DNA from: a virus
Length of the DNA stretch: 63,595 nt
Direction: 5' to 3' (one strand)
IMG/VR virus record: IMGVR_UViG_3300028549_001550
A program made the translations under genes and the position numbers. Under the pieces are notes generated by a model that worked only from the letters and a program-made list of their open reading frames with translations, did no database searches and was not told the origin of the DNA. Below, one piece after another: positions 30,588 through 39,828 of the stretch. Position 1 is the stretch's first letter; each line of letters begins with the position of its first letter.

Positions 30588-30992
30588 ATGCCGATAGTCG
30601 CAGAAATAAAACGGATAGAAGAAACCCAGGACGGCATTATTGGTGTCCTGCTCACAGACGGCCGCCTCCGGTGCTACACTCTGGAAAAAAGATATCTGCT
30701 CAATGCCCCAAACGTCTCCTCCATCCCTCCTGGCTCCTATATCTGTAACCGCATTACATCCCCACATCACGGCAAGACCTTTGAGATATCGGACGTACCA
30801 GGGCGTTCACATATCCTTTTCCACATTGGAAACACAGACAACGACACCGAGGGGTGCATTTTACTCGGGAGGAGAGTTGGATATATCAATAAAAAGCGGG
30901 GGATCCTCGAATCTAAGCTCGCCTTTTATGATGTCATGACTTTGTTGCATGGCGTGACATCCTTCCCTCTCACAATCACCGAAAACTTTTAA
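30588..30992 (+). CDS. DUF5675-like protein (possible cell-wall-active enzyme)
   Basis: GIIGVLLTDG...CYTLE...IPPGSY...FEISDVPGRSHILFHIGNTDNDTEGCILLG shows an H-x-G-N ... GC-I-L motif. This resembles the DUF5675 / YkuD-like His...Cys arrangement. GGAG lies 8 nt upstream of ATG 30588. Confidence 0.5.
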   Translation: MPIVAEIKRIEETQDGIIGVLLTDGRLRCYTLEKRYLLNAPNVSSIPPGSYICNRITSPHHGKTFEISDVPGRSHILFHIGNTDNDTEGCILLGRRVGYINKKRGILESKLAFYDVMTLLHGVTSFPLTITENF

Positions 30993-31007
30993 GGAGCTAC
31001 TATAAGA

Positions 31008-31178
31008 ATGAACGTCAAAACTTTAATCAAAACCAAAACATTCTGGGGCGGCATCTCGGGCATCGTCACTGCCGTGGCTGGTGTTATGACCGGCACCATG
31101 GACCCAGGGACAGCGATTCAGACGGTGATTGGGTCCGTGATAGCTGTCTGTCTTAGAGATGGAATAGCTAAACGATGA
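31008..31178 (+). CDS. Holin-like small membrane protein (56 aa, about 2 TM)
   Basis: Hand translation gives MNVKTLIKTKTFWGGISGIVTAVAGVMTGTMDPGTAIQTVIGSVIAVCLRDGIAKR. AAGGAG lies upstream. It is below the track cutoff. Confidence 0.55.
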   Translation: MNVKTLIKTKTFWGGISGIVTAVAGVMTGTMDPGTAIQTVIGSVIAVCLRDGIAKR

Positions 31179-31351
31179 ATGAAATCAGGGCCTACGTCGT
31201 GGCAGCCGGAGCTTTTGTAGCACAGTACCTGCCCGGCTCACTGTCTGAGTGTTCGGCCCTGGTTGGTATCACGCTTGGATTGGCTCAGCTATCCATAACT
31301 CTCCCCAAGGTCTTCAGAATGATTTTGGGCAATCGGAGAATGTCAAAATGA
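31175..31351 (+). CDS. Second small membrane protein (58 aa; holin/antiholin or spanin-like partner)
   Basis: There is an ATGA overlap with the previous ORF. Translation gives MNEIRAYVVAAGAFVAQYLPGSLSECSALVGITLGLAQLSITLPKVFRMILGNRRMSK. Confidence 0.5.
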   Translation: MNEIRAYVVAAGAFVAQYLPGSLSECSALVGITLGLAQLSITLPKVFRMILGNRRMSK

Positions 31352-31827
31352 TGAAGCAGTTTATTAACGTAAAATTGGTGGGCGCAGAACCCATGACGCT
31401 TGGCGAGTACAACGAATATCGTGGCTGGACGATCCCGGCTGATGAAGATCCAGACGAGCCAGGGTTTCACTCGATGGATATCAGTGGCCGGGAGACATGG
31501 CACCCCAAAGAGTCTTTTGAATATCAAAGTTTTCGCATCGAAGCGACCAGCAATACAATCACTCAGGCTGATGTTGACGGCATGATCGCCAACATCATGG
31601 TTCAGACGATTGGATCAAAGACAACATTTGTGCAGGTTACGCTCCTGAATGGTTTCACCCTGGAGGAAACAAGCTCCTGTGTTGATCCGGCAAATTATAA
31701 CGAGGCCATGGGTGCCAACCTTTGCCTTGGCAAGATCAAGGACAAGATATGGTTTCTCCTGGGGTTCCTGCTCCAGTCTGCTCTCTACGGGTTTGGCCTC
31801 AAGACTCCAGGAGTTGACAAGAGGTAG
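31348..31827 (+). CDS. N4 gp49 / Sf6 gp66-family protein
   Basis: The C-terminal half TTFVQVTLLNGFTLEETSSCVDPANYNEAMGANLCLGKIKDKIWFLLGFLLQ matches my recollection of that family. ATG 31348 overlaps the upstream stop (ATGA), whereas the track start 31249 would overlap two small genes. Confidence 0.5.
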   Translation: MMKQFINVKLVGAEPMTLGEYNEYRGWTIPADEDPDEPGFHSMDISGRETWHPKESFEYQSFRIEATSNTITQADVDGMIANIMVQTIGSKTTFVQVTLLNGFTLEETSSCVDPANYNEAMGANLCLGKIKDKIWFLLGFLLQSALYGFGLKTPGVDKR

Positions 31828-31830
31828 TCC

Positions 31831-32289
31831 ATGGCAAAGGTCGGACGAAAAGGGACATATCAGAGTGATTACCCGAGGCTTGCCTTGGTCGCTTGTGCCG
31901 AGGGTGGGTTTACGGATGTCAAGCTGGCAAAGCTGTTTGATGTCAGTAGGGCAACAATAAACTCCTGGAAACAGACACACCCTGAATTTTACTCCTCGAT
32001 CCTTGCCGGGAAAGATCAATACGACACCGAACACGTAGAAACCGCATTGCTAAAACGTGCCCTGGGCTATCAGTACAACGAGATCACCAAAGAACCACCT
32101 GATCCTGAGACAGGGGAAACGGGCCTGGTCATCACCAAAATCGTGCGGAAGAGCGTACCTGGTGACGTTAAGGCCCAAACGTTTTGGCTCAGGAACAGAA
32201 ACGGCGAACGGTGGCAGGATAAACAAAACATTGCTGGTTCCCTGTCCCTTACGCTATCTCACGAACAAATGCTGGACGAATTAGAATGA
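31831..32289 (+). CDS. terS: Terminase small subunit
   Basis: The N-terminal HTH reads FTDVKLAKLFDVSRATINSWKQTHPEF. The C-terminal stretch is WLRNRNGERWQDKQ. It has a 4-nt overlap with terL. Confidence 0.8.
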   Translation: MAKVGRKGTYQSDYPRLALVACAEGGFTDVKLAKLFDVSRATINSWKQTHPEFYSSILAGKDQYDTEHVETALLKRALGYQYNEITKEPPDPETGETGLVITKIVRKSVPGDVKAQTFWLRNRNGERWQDKQNIAGSLSLTLSHEQMLDELE

Positions 32290-33806
32290 TAGACGAACGG
32301 GAACGGGCTATCCGGCAACGGCTCAAGAGGGACTATCCTCACTATGCGGAGAAGTGCCTGAAGATTCGTGTGAAAAAGGCTGTTCTGGTTGATGGCAAGA
32401 AACAGAAGGTCGTTCCCTTTGTACTCAATCGTGCCCAAACGTATCTCCATGAACGACTGGAAGAGCAGAAGGCCAGGACCGGCAAGATTCGGGCTTTACT
32501 CTTAAAAGGTCGGCAGCAAGGGTGTAGCACGTATGTTGGAGGTCGGTATTATCATCTGACCACCCATGGCAAGGGTCTGAAAACCTTTATCCTGGCGCAT
32601 GAGGACAAGGCAACCACAAACCTTTTTAATATGGTCAAGAGGTTTCACGCCTTAAACTCCCCATTGCTAAGGCCCTCTACATCCTTCTCAAATAGCAAAG
32701 AGTTAGTGTTCGACAAGCTCGATTCAGCCTATGGCCTTGGCACCGCCGGTTCAAAGAATGTCGGCCGGTCTGACACCATTGACTTCCTGCATGGGTCCGA
32801 GGTGGCGTTTTGGGAGAACACGGACGATATCAAAGCCGGTGTGTTCCAGGCAGCGGAGATGGCCGAGGAGATCATACTTGAATCCACAGCCAATGGCCTG
32901 GGCAATATGTTCCACCAGATGTGGCAGGATGCAGAGCGGGGCCTATCTGACTATATCGCTATCTTTATCCCCTGGTTCTGGCAGCCAGAATACCGGAAGC
33001 TCACACCAGACGGATTTAAACCAACAAACGAAGAGATCAAGTATCAATCGGCATACAAGCTCGACAATGAGCAAATCTACTGGCGGCGGCTCAAGATCGT
33101 TGAGCTTGGGAATCCTCTCCTTTTTAAGCAAGAGTATCCCGGCAACGCCGCCGAAGCATTTCAGACAACAGGAATTAACAGCCTGATTCCAGCAGAATCG
33201 GTGCTTGAAGCCCGTAAAACCATGGGTGTTGCAAAGTATGGAGCCTATGTGGTGGGCTGTGATCCTGCACGGGAAGGGAAGGACTCCACCACATTTATAA
33301 GGAGACAGGGCCGGATTGCCTGGGGCCTTGATTCGCATATTCACCTTGACGACATGGCAAAGGCAGGTGTGGCCCGTAAGATACTGGAAGCCGAACCCGT
33401 GGATATGATGTTCATTGACCGTGGTGGTGGATCCGGGATGTATGACCGGCTGGTTGAAATGGGATTCGGTAAGCGGATCCGGCTTGTCAACTTTGGCGGC
33501 AAGGCGTTTGATCCCGACAAATACAAAAACAGACGGGCCGAGATGTGGGATGGGATCAGGATTTGGCTTGAATCGGAAGAGGAAGTACAGCTTCCAGACC
33601 TTGACACCCTTCAAGCTGACCTTTGTGCACCTGGGTTCAAATATACTTCAACAACTCAAATTCAATTGGAAGCCAAGGACGAGATTAAGAAGAGAATAGG
33701 CAAGTCACCAGACGAGGGCGATGCCCTGGCGTTGACTTTTGCAGAACCCGTGAAACTCATTAAGACATCATCCCGGCGGCATAGACGCTCAGGGATGGCG
33801 GCATAA
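32286..33806 (+). CDS. terL: Terminase large subunit
   Basis: The Walker A-like stretch is LLLKGRQQGCSTY. Nuclease-domain acidic motifs are VVGCDPAREGKDST and MFIDRGGGSGMYD. The C-terminal stretch is KSPDEGDALALTF. Confidence 0.88.
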   Translation: MIDERERAIRQRLKRDYPHYAEKCLKIRVKKAVLVDGKKQKVVPFVLNRAQTYLHERLEEQKARTGKIRALLLKGRQQGCSTYVGGRYYHLTTHGKGLKTFILAHEDKATTNLFNMVKRFHALNSPLLRPSTSFSNSKELVFDKLDSAYGLGTAGSKNVGRSDTIDFLHGSEVAFWENTDDIKAGVFQAAEMAEEIILESTANGLGNMFHQMWQDAERGLSDYIAIFIPWFWQPEYRKLTPDGFKPTNEEIKYQSAYKLDNEQIYWRRLKIVELGNPLLFKQEYPGNAAEAFQTTGINSLIPAESVLEARKTMGVAKYGAYVVGCDPAREGKDSTTFIRRQGRIAWGLDSHIHLDDMAKAGVARKILEAEPVDMMFIDRGGGSGMYDRLVEMGFGKRIRLVNFGGKAFDPDKYKNRRAEMWDGIRIWLESEEEVQLPDLDTLQADLCAPGFKYTSTTQIQLEAKDEIKKRIGKSPDEGDALALTFAEPVKLIKTSSRRHRRSGMAA

Positions 33807-33814
33807 GGATAAGA

Positions 33815-34198
33815 ATGGCTGAGGTTATTAGAGAGATTATTTACAGGAAGGTCAATGGCGAGTATGAGCCGGTGCTGTCCATCAAACCAAAGGTTGAGCG
33901 CATGGGCCACATGGCAAACTTTGCTATTCGCCTGGATGACCTATGGATGTACACACCAGACAAAAACCCCAACTTTGACAAGTGGATGTACAAGGTTGTC
34001 ACGGAAATTTACAGAATGTTCAACCTTGGCGTTGTGATCTCAAGCCAAAAAATGGCCGAGGTTGCAAGTGTGATTGAGGATGGCATTGACGATCTGCTCA
34101 AGGCACCACCTGAGCCGCCCAGGGGCAGTATGTCAAAGGCCTTTGCTAAAGCCATGGGTGAAGCAACCATCAATGGAAAGACCGTGGAGTTTAGCTGA
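33815..34198 (+). CDS. Hypothetical protein (127 aa) between terL and portal
   Basis: The ORF is in the packed late operon and its stop overlaps the portal start. No family recognised. Confidence 0.6.
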   Translation: MAEVIREIIYRKVNGEYEPVLSIKPKVERMGHMANFAIRLDDLWMYTPDKNPNFDKWMYKVVTEIYRMFNLGVVISSQKMAEVASVIEDGIDDLLKAPPEPPRGSMSKAFAKAMGEATINGKTVEFS

Positions 34199-36366
34199 TG
34201 GGAGACTATACGGTTTCCACAGAAAACTCTTCAATGTTTGGCATTGATGACAAGGAAGAGGATTACACCGCTGTCCCTGAGCAATCAGAAGAGGATATCG
34301 CCAGGCTGAACAAGGTCAAATCCTGGTGGAGCTATGCAAAATCTATCCAGTCAGAGGCCCGTGCCGAGTGCCTACGTGACCATGAATTTTATGACGGGGA
34401 CCAATGGAACGCAGATGACAAGGCAGAGATCGAGGGCCGGGGACAGATTGCCACGGTCTTTAATCGTATCAAACCAACAACTGATTGGATCATCGGAAGC
34501 GAGAAGAAGAACAGGATAGACCATAGAGTTTTACCCAGGACCGCCGAGGATGCGAAGGGTGCCGAGAATAAAACCCAACTCCTGAAATATATCTCGGACG
34601 TGAACAAGCTCCCCATTGAACGCTCTCAGGCTTTCAAGGATGGGGTTATCAGTGGCCTTGGGTGGCTTGAGGCAGGGGTTACGCAAGACCCTACACAAGA
34701 GACAATCTTTATTGATTATGAGGATTGGCGAAATCTCTGGTTTGATCCGCTGTCTGTCCGGGTAGATATGAAGGATGCACGGTTTATCATCCGGCGCAAA
34801 CGGGTAGACCTTGACGTTGCCTGTTCCATGTTCCCTAAGTTTGCCGGGGCAATCAAGATCATGAGCAACAATTCAACGTCTGCCTCTGATGCTTATTCCT
34901 ACGATGCCACAGACGAAGAGACGGACGTAGAGGTTCAGATCGAGGGCAAGGGTGGGGAGCGTAGTTCCTTTGGTGCGAGAAGCCGCCTGGAGGTTGTTGA
35001 GTGCTGGTACAAAACCCCTGAAAAGGTTTCTGTCCTTGAACACGGAACAGAGGATATCGGCACCCTGAGAGGACAGCGATACTATCCAGACGAACCAAAA
35101 CATATGGAGCTTGTAGACAACGGTTTTGCCACCACCACAGACGCAATCAAGATGGTGGTCAAGTGCATGATCTTTGCCGGGGACATTATCTTGCAGGATA
35201 CTGATTCCCCTTACAACCACAACAGGTTCCCTTTCATCCCTATCTGGGGTTTCCGTAAAAAGAAGGACAATACCCAATACGGCATTGTGCGGAATCTCCG
35301 TGATGTCCAGGACGATTTGAACAAGAGAAGGTCCAAGGCCCTATTCATTCTGGCCACAAACCAGATCATTGCAGACAGCGATGCTGTAGACGATTGGGAC
35401 GAGCTTGCAGACGAGGTAAGCAGACCGGACGGCATCATTAAGAAAAGGAAAGGGGCCGAGCTTGAGATCAACAACGAGCGAGGTTTGGCACAGGAACACG
35501 TTCTCCTCATGAACCAGGACGCAGAATACATTGAGGCTGTAGCCGGTGTGACAGACGAGCAGATGGGCCGGGAGACGAACGCCACCTCAGGCAAGGCTAT
35601 CGAGGCCAGGAAGGAGCAGGGCAACATTGTAAACTCTGAGCTGTTCGATAATCTCCGGATCTCAACTCAGCTCCTTGGAGAAATGCTCCTATCCCTGATC
35701 GAGCAGTACTACACAGAAGAGAAAAAGTTCAGGATCACCAATGATAAGAACCTGCCCGAGTTCGTGACCATTAATAACACTGACCCTGAATCAGGCGAGC
35801 TGAATGATATTACCGCTGCCCAGGCTGATTTCATAGTTGATTCATCGGCATGGACGGCAAGCATCAGGCAAGCCACCTTTGAAACACTGATGGAGATGTC
35901 AACAAAGATGGATCCCCAGGTAGCTCTCTCCCTGCTGGATCTGATCATTGATCTGTCAGACATCCCAGGAAAGGAGGATCTTGTCGCACGTATCCGGTCA
36001 ATCAATGGGCAGTCTGACCCTGAAGCAGATCCCAACGACCCGGAAGCGCAACAGGCGGCCCAGGCGAAGCAACAGGCAGAACAGGCCCAGGCGCAGTTTG
36101 AACAGACCATGCAGAACCTTGAAATGCAAAAGCTACAGTCAGAAGTTGGAAAGAACAATACTGATTCCGAGGCTACACGGGCCGGTATGCAGTATGACAG
36201 GGAAAAGCTGACCATTGAAAAGGCCAAGGCCCTGCATGATATCCAACTTGGAAACAAGCAACTTGAAAGCAACAACGAGCAAGCCAAATCCAAAGACCGG
36301 ATACTTGCCACCAAACAAGGCGTGAGCGGTATTAAGTCTGACAACAAGAAAAAAGGAGCAAAGTAG
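34198..36366 (+). CDS. Portal protein (722 aa)
   Basis: The call rests on its position immediately after terL, its size, and its Gln/Ala/Glu-rich coiled C-terminal barrel-like tail. The family was not verified by search. Confidence 0.75.
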   Translation: MGDYTVSTENSSMFGIDDKEEDYTAVPEQSEEDIARLNKVKSWWSYAKSIQSEARAECLRDHEFYDGDQWNADDKAEIEGRGQIATVFNRIKPTTDWIIGSEKKNRIDHRVLPRTAEDAKGAENKTQLLKYISDVNKLPIERSQAFKDGVISGLGWLEAGVTQDPTQETIFIDYEDWRNLWFDPLSVRVDMKDARFIIRRKRVDLDVACSMFPKFAGAIKIMSNNSTSASDAYSYDATDEETDVEVQIEGKGGERSSFGARSRLEVVECWYKTPEKVSVLEHGTEDIGTLRGQRYYPDEPKHMELVDNGFATTTDAIKMVVKCMIFAGDIILQDTDSPYNHNRFPFIPIWGFRKKKDNTQYGIVRNLRDVQDDLNKRRSKALFILATNQIIADSDAVDDWDELADEVSRPDGIIKKRKGAELEINNERGLAQEHVLLMNQDAEYIEAVAGVTDEQMGRETNATSGKAIEARKEQGNIVNSELFDNLRISTQLLGEMLLSLIEQYYTEEKKFRITNDKNLPEFVTINNTDPESGELNDITAAQADFIVDSSAWTASIRQATFETLMEMSTKMDPQVALSLLDLIIDLSDIPGKEDLVARIRSINGQSDPEADPNDPEAQQAAQAKQQAEQAQAQFEQTMQNLEMQKLQSEVGKNNTDSEATRAGMQYDREKLTIEKAKALHDIQLGNKQLESNNEQAKSKDRILATKQGVSGIKSDNKKKGAK

Positions 36367-36368
36367 AC

Positions 36369-37238
36369 ATGGCAAGACACTTTACAGATGAAGAGTTAGA
36401 GGGGCTATCGGAAGAGGAGATCGAGGCAATCAATGAACCTGAGGGGGATGACGACGATGATTTTTCTACGAATGACGATTCCGATGATGACGAAGATCCT
36501 GCAACAGACCTTGATAAGGATATCGAGTCTGATGACGGCACCGTTGACGATCACGGCACCGATGATGAAAACAAGGCTGGTAAGGATGCAAGCAAGGAAG
36601 CCGAAACGGTTAAACCTGCGGATAATGATGCAGGAGACAACCCTGATGATGATGATCATAAACCAGCTAAAGTAGTAATCACAGAACATGATACCAAGAT
36701 TGCCGAGCTTGAGAAAAAGTTCAATGACGGTGATCTTGACTTTGACACATATATCAAAGACCGCCTGGGCCTGGAGCGAGACAAGACCCGAGAGATAGTC
36801 CGAGATGAAGCGGTCAGAATGTCAGCCGAGAACACATGGAAGTCTGAGCAGGAAACATTCTTCTCCTCTAACGATCATCTGAAAAGCAATCCCATCGTTT
36901 ACGATTCCTTTGCAAGAGAAGTCAATAAGCTGCTGAACGACAAGGCATGGGCCAGTAAGCCGGGTAGTGATGTCCTGGCCAAGGCAAAAAGCCTGATCGA
37001 AACAGCCTACAACATTAAACCACCAGCCGGTGACGGGTCAAAAGGAAAAGCAGCTGTCCGGGATGCCAAAAAAGCATCAGCTAACAGGGCCACACCTCAG
37101 ACACTTAAAGATGTGCCAGCAGCAGACGGCAACATGGATGGTGGGTTTGAATATCTGGATAAATTGGACGGGGCCGCCTACGAGCTGGCCATTTCCAAGC
37201 TATCTACAGAAGAATTGGACGCATACGCAAGGGCATAG
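36369..37238 (+). CDS. Scaffolding protein (very acidic N-terminus, helical C-terminus)
   Basis: It lies between the portal and major capsid genes. The acidic run reads DDDDDFSTNDDSDDDEDP... and the remainder is helical. Confidence 0.6.
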   Translation: MARHFTDEELEGLSEEEIEAINEPEGDDDDDFSTNDDSDDDEDPATDLDKDIESDDGTVDDHGTDDENKAGKDASKEAETVKPADNDAGDNPDDDDHKPAKVVITEHDTKIAELEKKFNDGDLDFDTYIKDRLGLERDKTREIVRDEAVRMSAENTWKSEQETFFSSNDHLKSNPIVYDSFAREVNKLLNDKAWASKPGSDVLAKAKSLIETAYNIKPPAGDGSKGKAAVRDAKKASANRATPQTLKDVPAADGNMDGGFEYLDKLDGAAYELAISKLSTEELDAYARA

Positions 37239-37327
37239 TGTCCTTGTGGAAATAAGGTCAGGGTTCTTATAGCTCCCCTGGTGAGTCAGGGCAAGACCGA
37301 TCACAAACTAAAATAAGGATTTTAACC

Positions 37328-38431
37328 ATGAGTAAGACAATTATCGGTCTAAATGACCCCAAGGCGGTAAAGAAATACTCCGCATTCCTGGCCGTAGATG
37401 CGCCTCGTAAGTCTTTTTGGGCCAAGAAGTTTACAGGCCCGGAGGGAGGCTCTACGCCTGTCGTCAAGATTGACAGGCTACAGAACGACGCAGGGGAGTA
37501 CGTTTCCTTTGACTTGAACGTTCAATTGAAAATGAAGCCCGTAGAGGGTGACGACATCCTGGAGAACAAGGAAGAGAAACTCAAGTTCTACACGGATGGG
37601 CTGTACATTGATCAGATGCGAGGCGGCGTTAATGCCGGTGGTCGCATGACCCGGAAGAGAACCATTCATGATCTCCGTAAAGTTGCAAAGGAGAGGCAGT
37701 CCGATTGGTGGGCAAGGGTTTTTGATGAGCTTCATTTTATGTATATGTCCGGTACCAGGGGCGCAAACAGCGAGTTCATTTTTGACGCAACCTATCCCGG
37801 CTTTGCCAACAATGCCCTTTCTGCCCCGGATTCCCTGCACCATTACTTTGCCAATGACAAGACCAAGGCAACACTGACAGCGACAGATACCATGTCTATA
37901 AGCGGTATTGATCAGCTTGTTACCCAGGCTGAAATGATGGGCGGCGGCACCCAGGAAACTCCACAGATTCAGCCATTCAAGCTCGATGGTGAGGATCATT
38001 TCCTTTTGCTCATGAACCCATGGCAAGCATACTCCCTGCGAACGGATACCGGGGCCGGTAAGTGGCTCGACATCCAGAAGGCCCTTGCCACCTCGGAAGG
38101 TCGCAAGTCTCCAATCTGCAAGGGTGGCCTTGGAATGCACAACAATGTTGTTCTCCAGAGTCACAAAGGGGTTATCCGCTTTGATGATTGCGGAGCTGGC
38201 GCAGTTAAGGGAGCAAGAGCCTTGTTCCTTGGTGAACAGGCCATGGCCATTGCCTGGGGTTCTGGCGGTTCTGGCCTACGTTTTGATTGGCACGAGGAGA
38301 GCAGGGACAATGGAAACGTTCTGATCATCAGCACATATTCCATGTTCGGCCTGGAAAAAATCAAGTTCAACGGGCTTGATTACGGTGTGATTGCATACGA
38401 TACGGCAGCAGATAAGCCCGCTGCAATTTAA
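37328..38431 (+). CDS. Major capsid protein (N4-gp56-like, HK97 fold expected)
   Basis: KYSAFLAV...FWAKKFTG...VSFDLNVQLKMKPVEGDDILENKEEKLKFYTDGLYIDQMR matches my recollection of the N4-gp56 MCP family N-terminus. It lies after the scaffold gene and a hairpin follows it. Confidence 0.75.
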   Translation: MSKTIIGLNDPKAVKKYSAFLAVDAPRKSFWAKKFTGPEGGSTPVVKIDRLQNDAGEYVSFDLNVQLKMKPVEGDDILENKEEKLKFYTDGLYIDQMRGGVNAGGRMTRKRTIHDLRKVAKERQSDWWARVFDELHFMYMSGTRGANSEFIFDATYPGFANNALSAPDSLHHYFANDKTKATLTATDTMSISGIDQLVTQAEMMGGGTQETPQIQPFKLDGEDHFLLLMNPWQAYSLRTDTGAGKWLDIQKALATSEGRKSPICKGGLGMHNNVVLQSHKGVIRFDDCGAGAVKGARALFLGEQAMAIAWGSGGSGLRFDWHEESRDNGNVLIISTYSMFGLEKIKFNGLDYGVIAYDTAADKPAAI

Positions 38432-38440
38432 TCAAACCAT

Positions 38441-38468
38441 AGGGGGCTGGCCGCTTGGCTGGTCCCCT
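38441..38468 (+). terminator. Hairpin immediately after the capsid gene (attenuator/processing-stability element)
   Basis: AGGGGGCTGGCC-gctt-GGCTGGTCCCCT forms 12 pairs, of which 3 are G-U. No clear U-tract follows. Confidence 0.4.
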
Positions 38469-38489
38469 ACATTATAAGGAGCATTTTAT

Positions 38490-38945
38490 ATGCCAGTTTT
38501 TACAAGTGTCAATTTTGAAAAATCCATTCTCAGTCCTCAGTCAGCCGGAGAAGTCTATGTCACAGATGACCGGGCCGAACTTCCCATCACCCTTGCCCTG
38601 GGAGACATCATCAAAGTTGGGTATCTCCCTGCTGATTGTACTCCCGTGGATTTGACGGTTCACGTTACCGAGCTTGATACCCATGCAACGGATCTCCTGA
38701 GATATTCCGTGGGCCTCCTGGACGAAGCAGGAACGGACCTTATCGCCGGTACGGAATTTCTTGTGGGCGGTAAGGCCGAGGCAATCAAAACCGTTCGTGG
38801 TGATGGCGTGGGTTTCCTTACCACTCCCAGGGACAAGGTTAATGACCGGGCCATTGCGGTTAAGATCACAGCCGCCGGTGCAACTAAAGCGGCAGGAACC
38901 ATGCGTGTGATCATGTCTTATCGTGCCTCTGAATACGGCATTTAA
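38490..38945 (+). CDS. Virion structural protein (151 aa; possible decoration/auxiliary head protein)
   Basis: AAGGAG lies upstream and the sequence is beta-rich. The call rests on its position after the MCP gene. Confidence 0.5.
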   Translation: MPVFTSVNFEKSILSPQSAGEVYVTDDRAELPITLALGDIIKVGYLPADCTPVDLTVHVTELDTHATDLLRYSVGLLDEAGTDLIAGTEFLVGGKAEAIKTVRGDGVGFLTTPRDKVNDRAIAVKITAAGATKAAGTMRVIMSYRASEYGI

Positions 38946-38977
38946 TTTTATAACCACTTAACGGAGAAATAACCACA

Positions 38978-39184
38978 ATGATCATGCAAACCTGTTTCAC
39001 TCGATGTGGACAACCTATCCCGATGAGGGTGGAAAAGTTCGATTACCTGTTTACCGAGAATCAGCACGGTGATTTCACCTGCAACGTTCTCAGTGAGGAC
39101 CATTGCAAACACCTGATTGAAACCGGCAATTTCAAGGAGTACGTGGCTCCTCACGTAGCTGAAAAAGGTGGATCAAAGAAATGA
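38978..39184 (+). CDS. Hypothetical protein (68 aa)
   Basis: The ORF is in the late operon and overlaps the next gene by 4 nt. Confidence 0.5.
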   Translation: MIMQTCFTRCGQPIPMRVEKFDYLFTENQHGDFTCNVLSEDHCKHLIETGNFKEYVAPHVAEKGGSKK

Positions 39185-39828
39185 TCCTTAATCGGATACT
39201 GACATTGATTGAAACGGGTGTTGCAGATCCCTCGTTCACCAGGGAAGCAGACATCATGCCCTTGGTGAACGAGTTTGTGGAGGAAACCAGCAACCTCTTT
39301 AATCTTCCAGACCTGCAAGCGCAAGAAGGGATTACCGTATCATCAGGGGACATATCCATTGAAATGCCGGTAACTTTTTCTCGGGAGCTTTACAGGGTTT
39401 ACAACGATACCTTTATGAGGCTGGTAAGCATCCGCACAAACGTAGCTGTCCTGGAAGGGATGTACGATCCCTATGGTTCCCCTGGGGCTATAAAGGATGT
39501 GGCTCAAGACTCTGGAGTATTGTGGGTAAAGCCCAATCCCATTCAGGACCAAGAGTTAAGTTTGTTCTTTTACAGGAAACCGGTTCCCCTGGAGTTTGAT
39601 GACGATGACGGTAAACTTGACGGCATCCCTGATCACCTATCCCAGGTTGCCGTGGATTACGTCTTGATGAGGCTGTTCACGCTTATAGAGGATGGGATCG
39701 AGGGACGTAAGGTTAACACCGAGCATTACACGGGCCTGTATAGCGTGGGCCTTGCAAAGATAGAAATGTATTGCAAACAAGCTCCAAAGAAGAAACCCAA
39801 GATTAAGCGAAGTGCGAGGTTCATCTAA
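39181..39828 (+). CDS. Virion protein (215 aa; possible head-tail adaptor)
   Basis: The call rests on position only. No motif recognised. Confidence 0.45.
   Translation: MILNRILTLIETGVADPSFTREADIMPLVNEFVEETSNLFNLPDLQAQEGITVSSGDISIEMPVTFSRELYRVYNDTFMRLVSIRTNVAVLEGMYDPYGSPGAIKDVAQDSGVLWVKPNPIQDQELSLFFYRKPVPLEFDDDDGKLDGIPDHLSQVAVDYVLMRLFTLIEDGIEGRKVNTEHYTGLYSVGLAKIEMYCKQAPKKKPKIKRSARFI

Noticed and set aside
31249-31347. The N-terminal extension of the 31249..31827 ORF in the track
   Set aside because: It would overlap the two hand-called small membrane-protein genes. ATG 31348 overlaps the upstream stop (ATGA), and the family-like region lies downstream.
35709-36380. A 223-aa minus-strand ORF antisense to the portal C-terminus, and 36332-36541 antisense to the scaffold gene
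   Set aside because: They are Ser/Cys/Leu-rich mirrors of the Gln/Ala/Glu/Asp-rich sense sequence, which is a typical antisense artefact.
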